NCBI GenBank assembly: GCA_963817895.1
Contig: CAWFQB010000010.1
Location: 96,001-160,000 of the forward strand
Source: an uncultured Chthonomonadaceae bacterium
Lineage (GTDB): Bacteria > Armatimonadota > Chthonomonadetes > Chthonomonadales > Chthonomonadaceae
Direction of reading: 5' to 3'
DNA length: 64,000 nucleotides
Both the position numbers and the translations under genes were made by a program. Below, in pieces: positions 62,008 to 64,000 of the stretch (the first letter of the stretch is position 1; each line of letters starts with the position of its first letter). The notes below the pieces were generated by a model, which was not told where the DNA came from, did not search any database, and was given only the letters and a program-made list of their open reading frames with translations.

Positions 62008-63894
62008 TTATTGTGCCCCGGTGGTTGTGGCCGGTTTCTGAGTGATAGGTGTCGTAATTGCCAGGTGTAGATCAGAACTGTCTACTATACCTATTGCCGT
62101 CTTTCGTGGCCGTAGTCCCAACAACATCTGTCGCTCGTGACGATCCTTATAGACATGCAGCAGAGGCTGTAAATACAGGGTCTGTTGCTCCTGGTCGCCT
62201 GTCAGAGTGTTGAAGTTCAACTCTCCCTTCAGTAAGGTCGTCCGTTGGTCGGCATTCAAGCTTGCATAGAACAGCATCAGGCGATAGTGTAACACTAAAA
62301 TTTCTATCTGTTGTCTGAAAGGGGCATACGGGGTTCGTGCCTGCGGAGCATCAGAAGGTATGTGCCTTATATCCATCCCCCAGGCATACTGTTCCCTGTT
62401 CTCCGGTGGAAGAGTGACATAAGCAAGCCCATTGAAAATCTGCCAGGGCGTGAGCGTACTCACGACTTCCGCCTGCCAGTCCAGCATACTTCGCGTCAGC
62501 GCTGCCTTTGCCTCCGGGGAAACGGGCGATTTGCTGGCCGATGCCTTTGCCCATTCTCGAACGTTTTGAACCAGCCACCGGCGCAACAGGGGAGCGGGAA
62601 CCTCCAATCCGTCGTCCCGGTACCAGCGATTGTCGCGGCACAGGTAGATGTCGCCCGACTGCTTCCAACTTAGGTCCAGTTCCGCAGCGCACAGATTTAG
62701 TTCTTCCTTGAGGCCCATTCTCAATTGGGCAGGCATTGTCGTGGGATGCGTTCCCCCCATCAAAGAGTAATAATCTGCGACAAACTCCAGGTGTGCCAGG
62801 TCTGCCAGCCACTCCAGCGCCTCCGCGCGATTTTGGTAAGACAGGTGGGTTTTGGAGGGCAAATCATTGGGCCAGACGCGACTCTCCTGATAAGCGGCGA
62901 GTTCTTTCCAGACGGAAGGAGCATTGCGCCCCATCTGTTTGACCCTTCTGGGCAAAGCCTCATGATCAATGCGAAAAGCAGGCTTTTCGGCATCGAAGTT
63001 TACGTCAATGTGGAAGCCGGCGGGCAGCAAGTCGCCATTGAGATTTACCACATCCGCCGAGATGATGCTTCCGACGTTCTCAAAAAGAACATAACTATTG
63101 TCCAGCGTATCGGTTTGGGAATTGTAAAGGCGCAATCGGGCCGATAACTGCTCCTGAGCCTGGGGAGGCAGGGCGTTTAAGGGAACGATTACGGCACCCT
63201 CATCCATGCCATTCTGCCAGATGTGGCCTCTTTCCTGATAGTAAGGCGTCTGATTAAGGCTGTACGCGATCTTCTCCTGGAGGGGAGCGGACAGCAGATT
63301 GAAAAATGTAGGGCCGGCGAGGAGCTGCTGTTTGAACCCCTCGTGGTTGCCGTCGGCGGAAGTCACCTCTCCTTTGATCTCCGGCCGCGCCTGCATCGTT
63401 TGCAATGCCCGCCGGGGTATCTCCTCCCATAGCCGCTGTCGCTCTCCCAAAAAGAGATTCCACCAGCGCTGACGACGGCTCACTGCGGACTGGCTCATCC
63501 TCAGAATATAACCTTTGCCGTCAGGGGCGTGATACCAGGCGCCCGGAACCAGTTGAGCCAGTGAGTTCATAAGTTGACGCACAGGACGATTGAGTAGATT
63601 CAGATGAAGTTTGAGAGTGTCACAGTTCCGATCCGCTGCAAGGGCAAGGTCATCGTGGTTTACTTTGATCAGGAGCGAGTTCAGCGGAATACCGATCTCA
63701 TGCAGGCTGATTTGGCGATCCAGACGGGTATCGGCAGCAAGATCAGCGGGGCGGGTATCATCTTTGCCATTCATAGACGTGATGCTGTGAGATGCAGGAG
63801 CCTTCTGCGCGTGTGCTGGATTACAAAGACAGAGGCAGCAACCGAAATTCAGCCCCAACAAGAGATACGCAAGCGGATTTCTGAGCAGTGCCAT
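62008..63894 (-). CDS. exported hypothetical protein (628 aa) with an STN-like N-terminal segment
   Basis: Long ORF with signal ending AHA; DTRLDRQISL....IPL..LL; FVADYY; no family recognised. Confidence 0.65.
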   Translation of the reverse strand: MALLRNPLAYLLLGLNFGCCLCLCNPAHAQKAPASHSITSMNGKDDTRPADLAADTRLDRQISLHEIGIPLNSLLIKVNHDDLALAADRNCDTLKLHLNLLNRPVRQLMNSLAQLVPGAWYHAPDGKGYILRMSQSAVSRRQRWWNLFLGERQRLWEEIPRRALQTMQARPEIKGEVTSADGNHEGFKQQLLAGPTFFNLLSAPLQEKIAYSLNQTPYYQERGHIWQNGMDEGAVIVPLNALPPQAQEQLSARLRLYNSQTDTLDNSYVLFENVGSIISADVVNLNGDLLPAGFHIDVNFDAEKPAFRIDHEALPRRVKQMGRNAPSVWKELAAYQESRVWPNDLPSKTHLSYQNRAEALEWLADLAHLEFVADYYSLMGGTHPTTMPAQLRMGLKEELNLCAAELDLSWKQSGDIYLCRDNRWYRDDGLEVPAPLLRRWLVQNVREWAKASASKSPVSPEAKAALTRSMLDWQAEVVSTLTPWQIFNGLAYVTLPPENREQYAWGMDIRHIPSDAPQARTPYAPFRQQIEILVLHYRLMLFYASLNADQRTTLLKGELNFNTLTGDQEQQTLYLQPLLHVYKDRHERQMLLGLRPRKTAIGIVDSSDLHLAITTPITQKPATTTGAQ

Positions 63895-64000
63895 GAATCA
63901 TCTCCATACGAAAGGGTTCAAGGAGTTTTCCACCAGAGGAGGTAACGTACTGAACGCCTTGCAGTTGCTGGCGCTCAGTACGTCAGGGAACGTAATTCGC

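Noticed and set aside
1..64000. Prophage, integrase or IS transposase
   Set aside because: No such coding motifs were seen; the RusA-like gene alone does not indicate a prophage.

Overview
GC-rich bacterial chromosomal segment. Gene content suggests Armatimonadota or a similar diderm heterotroph, but this is inference only. Many long genes, including conserved housekeeping ones (rne/rng, secDF), are broken by single-base indels, which points to uncorrected long-read errors rather than true pseudogenes. Housekeeping genes: RavA/ViaA-like pair, RNase E/G, Rrf2-cysK, secDF, AI-2E transporter, mutM-rpsA-coaE, leuC/leuD, YyaL-like protein, clcA and an MscS channel. Main points of interest: (1) a ~1500-aa nitric oxide synthase with N-terminal beta domain, pseudoglobin, globin, oxygenase and diflavin reductase, flanked by two DUF4058 paralogs; (2) a ~19-kb cluster of exported proteins in which three unrelated passengers share a ~450-aa C-terminal module ending in a FlgD-like Ig domain, next to FlgT/CsgG-like proteins and an Ig-fused LptD-like barrel, a candidate surface-display or secretion system; (3) a 43-aa membrane peptide, below the ORF-track cutoff, with a convergent consensus-promoter sRNA (candidate type I toxin-antitoxin); (4) an apparently orphan Trp-Trp leader peptide with attenuator architecture; (5) a promoter-driven structured RNA at ~25.05-25.32 kb; (6) a two-nuclease cassette inserted between leuC and leuD; (7) many intergenic inverted arrays of 6-9-nt tandem repeats.
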